Positions 23,483 to 25,197 of a DNA stretch of 25,197 nt are shown here, one piece after another. Location of the stretch: NCBI GenBank assembly GCA_964617305.1, contig CAZTXE010000001.1, positions 1 through 25,197 on the forward strand, written 5' to 3'. Position 1 is the first letter of the stretch; every line of letters starts with the position of its first letter. The DNA is from an uncultured Candidatus Saccharibacteria bacterium (lineage in GTDB: Bacteria; Patescibacteriota; WWE3; UBA101185; UBA10185). The position numbers and the translations under genes were made by a program. The notes under the pieces are model-generated. The model ran no database searches. It saw only the letters and a program-made list of their open reading frames with translations, and was not told the origin of the DNA.

Positions 23483-24538
23483 TTAAAATATTTCACGAAG
23501 TTTATTTTCCCACGTTTCTTTCCAAGAAATCAAGCTTTCTTCTTCGAGCAGTTCTCCCTTCACAGAAAGTTTGAGAACAAAATCGTCTGTTGTTGTTCCT
23601 ACCTCCATCGCTTCATCGCCAAAAATCTCTTGAATCTTCTCCGGATACATTGTGGAGATAATGGCACCAACGCTCTCCGAGAAGAGAATTTGAGGAAGTT
23701 GTTCCAATTGTAAATCGGCAATCGGCAATCGAAAATCTAGAGTCGCTCCTTTTCCACTTGCGAGACAAGCCTCTGCAACAGCGGTAATCATTCCTCCTTG
23801 CACAATTGGTCGCGCACAAGAAAGAAGTCCTTTTTCTGATACATTACGGAGTTTTTCCGTCCATTGTTTTACATCGCTGAAATCAATTTTTTCAACCCGA
23901 GAATCTTCTTTTTCACACGTTGATAAAAAGACTGATCCTCCTAACTTATCCGAACGTGCCCCGATTACAAAAATGGTTTCTCCTCCTTTTTGAAAGTTTT
24001 GCGAAGGAACTGTCGCTGGATCATCGACTCGTGCAAAGACTGAAACTAGAGCGCTCGGTGGAATAGATTTCCCTCCTGATTCATTATAAAACGAGACATT
24101 TCCAGATACAATCGGCACATCAAGAGCACTGCAGACTTCTTTAAGTCCTTCGACTCCGTCGACAAATTCTCCCATCTGATCTGCTTTTTCTGGGTTTCCA
24201 AAGTTGAGACAATCGGTTACTGCCAAAGGCGTTCCCCCAACACAAGAAACTTTTATCACTGCTTCTGCTACCGCATACTCTGAAGCAATACGGGCAGAAA
24301 TTTTGGCCAAATTAGGATTTCCTCCCGTCGCAATAGCCACACCCGTTCGCGATCCTTTTTCTGATAACTCCGGAAAATCTCGAAAAGGGGTAAGTACTGA
24401 AGCTGCTACCATACCTCTCTCGCACGCGGTATTCCCCTGCACATTTTTATCGTACTTTTCATACACCGGCATACGCGAAGATCCGTTTACCGATTCCAAT
24501 ATTTTTTCGAGAACTTCAAAATTTTTCATCGGCGTCAT
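23483..24538 (-). CDS. purL: C-terminal half of phosphoribosylformylglycinamidine synthase PurL (351 aa); the N-terminal half is not adjacent
   Basis: Motifs VYEKYDKNVQGNT, AVTDCLNFGNPE, PIVSGNVSFYNE and LFSES match the second half of PurL. An in-frame TGA lies at 24569-24571 and a TAA at 24626-24628 upstream. Confidence 0.8.
   Translation of the reverse strand: MTPMKNFEVLEKILESVNGSSRMPVYEKYDKNVQGNTACERGMVAASVLTPFRDFPELSEKGSRTGVAIATGGNPNLAKISARIASEYAVAEAVIKVSCVGGTPLAVTDCLNFGNPEKADQMGEFVDGVEGLKEVCSALDVPIVSGNVSFYNESGGKSIPPSALVSVFARVDDPATVPSQNFQKGGETIFVIGARSDKLGGSVFLSTCEKEDSRVEKIDFSDVKQWTEKLRNVSEKGLLSCARPIVQGGMITAVAEACLASGKGATLDFRLPIADLQLEQLPQILFSESVGAIISTMYPEKIQEIFGDEAMEVGTTTDDFVLKLSVKGELLEEESLISWKETWENKLREIF
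23703..23737 (-). repeat. Five degenerate tandem heptamers inside purL
   Basis: Minus strand GATTTTC GATTGCC GATTGCC GATTTAC AATTGGA, encoding DFRLPIADLQLE. Confidence 0.6.
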
Positions 24539-24615
24539 TGTACTGAAAAATCTCGGTGCTTCAATATTTCATTTTTTTAAGACAAAAAAGCGAATTGAAT
24601 CTTTGTTTTTAGAGT

Positions 24616-24717
24616 TCAGTACCGTTTAGGACTTCTACTTTTTTCCATCTCTATACGTGCACAAAGAAGAGACAAAAAGAGCAAAAGCCCGAAAAAAAGC
24701 GTAAGTAAAGCTTTCAT
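24616..24717 (-). CDS. Possible 33-aa single-helix membrane peptide
   Basis: Hand translation gives MKALLTLFFGLLLFLSLLCARIEMEKSRSPKRY*. It has a hydrophobic N-half and fills the tuf-purL gap; no other support. Confidence 0.3.
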   Translation of the reverse strand: MKALLTLFFGLLLFLSLLCARIEMEKSRSPKRY

Positions 24718-24833
24718 GGGAATTTTGGTGGGGAAGAAAAAGAAAGGGGGCACGCACAGGGCACATCTCCTTTCCGCTTACTATAACGAACGGAGTCCAC
24801 TTTTGTTACGAGCGCAAACTTTTCTCTTCTTTT

Positions 24834-24966
24834 GTCATCCCGGAATTCCAGAGGAATGTCCGGGATCTAGCCATGAGTTATTATCTTTTACCAAAAAACC
24901 CCTCGCAATGCGGGGGGTTTTTATCATTTCTGAGGTTATGAGATCCCGAAACAAGTTCGGGATAAC
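24834..24966. repeat. Inverted pair of REP-like hairpins (GTCATCCCG..CGGGATCT / AGATCCCG..CGGGATAAC) flanking the tuf terminator
   Basis: Left unit gtcatcccggaattccagaggaatgtccgggatct (24834-24868); right unit gagatcccgaaacaagttcgggataac (24940-24966). Each forms a hairpin, and the two are inverted relative to each other. Confidence 0.7.
24893..24922 (-). terminator. Rho-independent terminator of tuf (potentially bidirectional)
   Basis: Minus strand AAAAA-CCCCCCGC-ATT-GCGAGGGG-TTTTTT, about 80 bp after the tuf stop. Confidence 0.8.
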
Positions 24967-25003
24967 TTCCACCAACGACTCACTATCGTTCGTCGGGTGT
25001 CAG

Positions 25004-25197
25004 TTACTTCAAAATCTTTGTTACCACTCCAGCACCAACAGTTCGTCCTCCTTCTCGGATCGCAAACCGTGTACCGTCGTTAAGCGCGATAGCCGCTCCA
25101 AGAACAACTTTGAATTTAGCGTTGTCCCCAGGCATAACCATCTCAACTCCGTCTGGAAGAATAACTTCTCCTGTAACGTCTGTTGTTCGGATGAAGA
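25004..25197 (-). CDS. tuf: Elongation factor Tu, C-terminal fragment (5' part beyond the right edge)
   Basis: Hand translation gives [63 protein letters not shown]; TAA at 25004-25006. Confidence 0.97.
   Translation of the reverse strand, partial: FIRTTDVTGEVILPDGVEMVMPGDNAKFKVVLGAAIALNDGTRFAIREGGRTVGAGVVTKILK

Noticed and set aside
23407-23496. 30-aa N-terminal extension of the first pilin in the ORF track
   Set aside because: It overlaps the purL stop and masks a good signal peptide; MKKIC at 23406 parallels the paralogue's start.
24539-24628. TGA read-through or frameshift restoring a full-length purL
   Set aside because: Read-through at 24569-24571 meets TAA at 24626-24628, and there is no room for ~400 codons before tuf.
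15112-24629. Plus-strand and alternative-frame ORFs over the SLH, PKD, pilin and purL genes
   Set aside because: They are shadows of well-supported minus-strand genes and carry no recognisable motifs.
24780-24808. TATAGT as a -10 element upstream of the small ORF and purL
   Set aside because: There is no acceptable -35 or extended -10 at the proper spacing.

Overview
Every gene I can support lies on the minus strand. In transcription order (right to left) the window holds: the 3' end of tuf; a terminator bracketed by paired palindromes; a stand-alone C-terminal half of PurL; two translationally coupled VirB2/TrbC-like pilins; two membrane-anchored PKD-repeat proteins; a VIT-vWA-SLH protein; and a giant secreted fibre/adhesin-like gene. 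The giant gene starts at 14818 and stays open to the left edge (at least 4939 codons). It is absent from the ORF track because it has no stop in the window, and nearly all track ORFs between 1 and 14.8 kb are antisense shadows or out-of-frame overlaps of it. It is a chain of about 40 modules joined by G(N/K)VG(I/V)GTTSP. Many of these junctions are a near-identical, 69% GC 29-bp DNA sequence set in 22-32% GC cassettes, suggesting a recombination-built modular fibre gene. It also carries five copies of a ~95-aa module with a gene-conversion-like tract, phage tail-fibre-like motifs, and a nested LamG/CBM-like insertion. Several palindromic REP-like elements occur, including one 27-bp element read in two different frames inside a gene. 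Gene content suggests a Patescibacteria (CPR) genome using genetic code 11; this is inference. No database searches were run.
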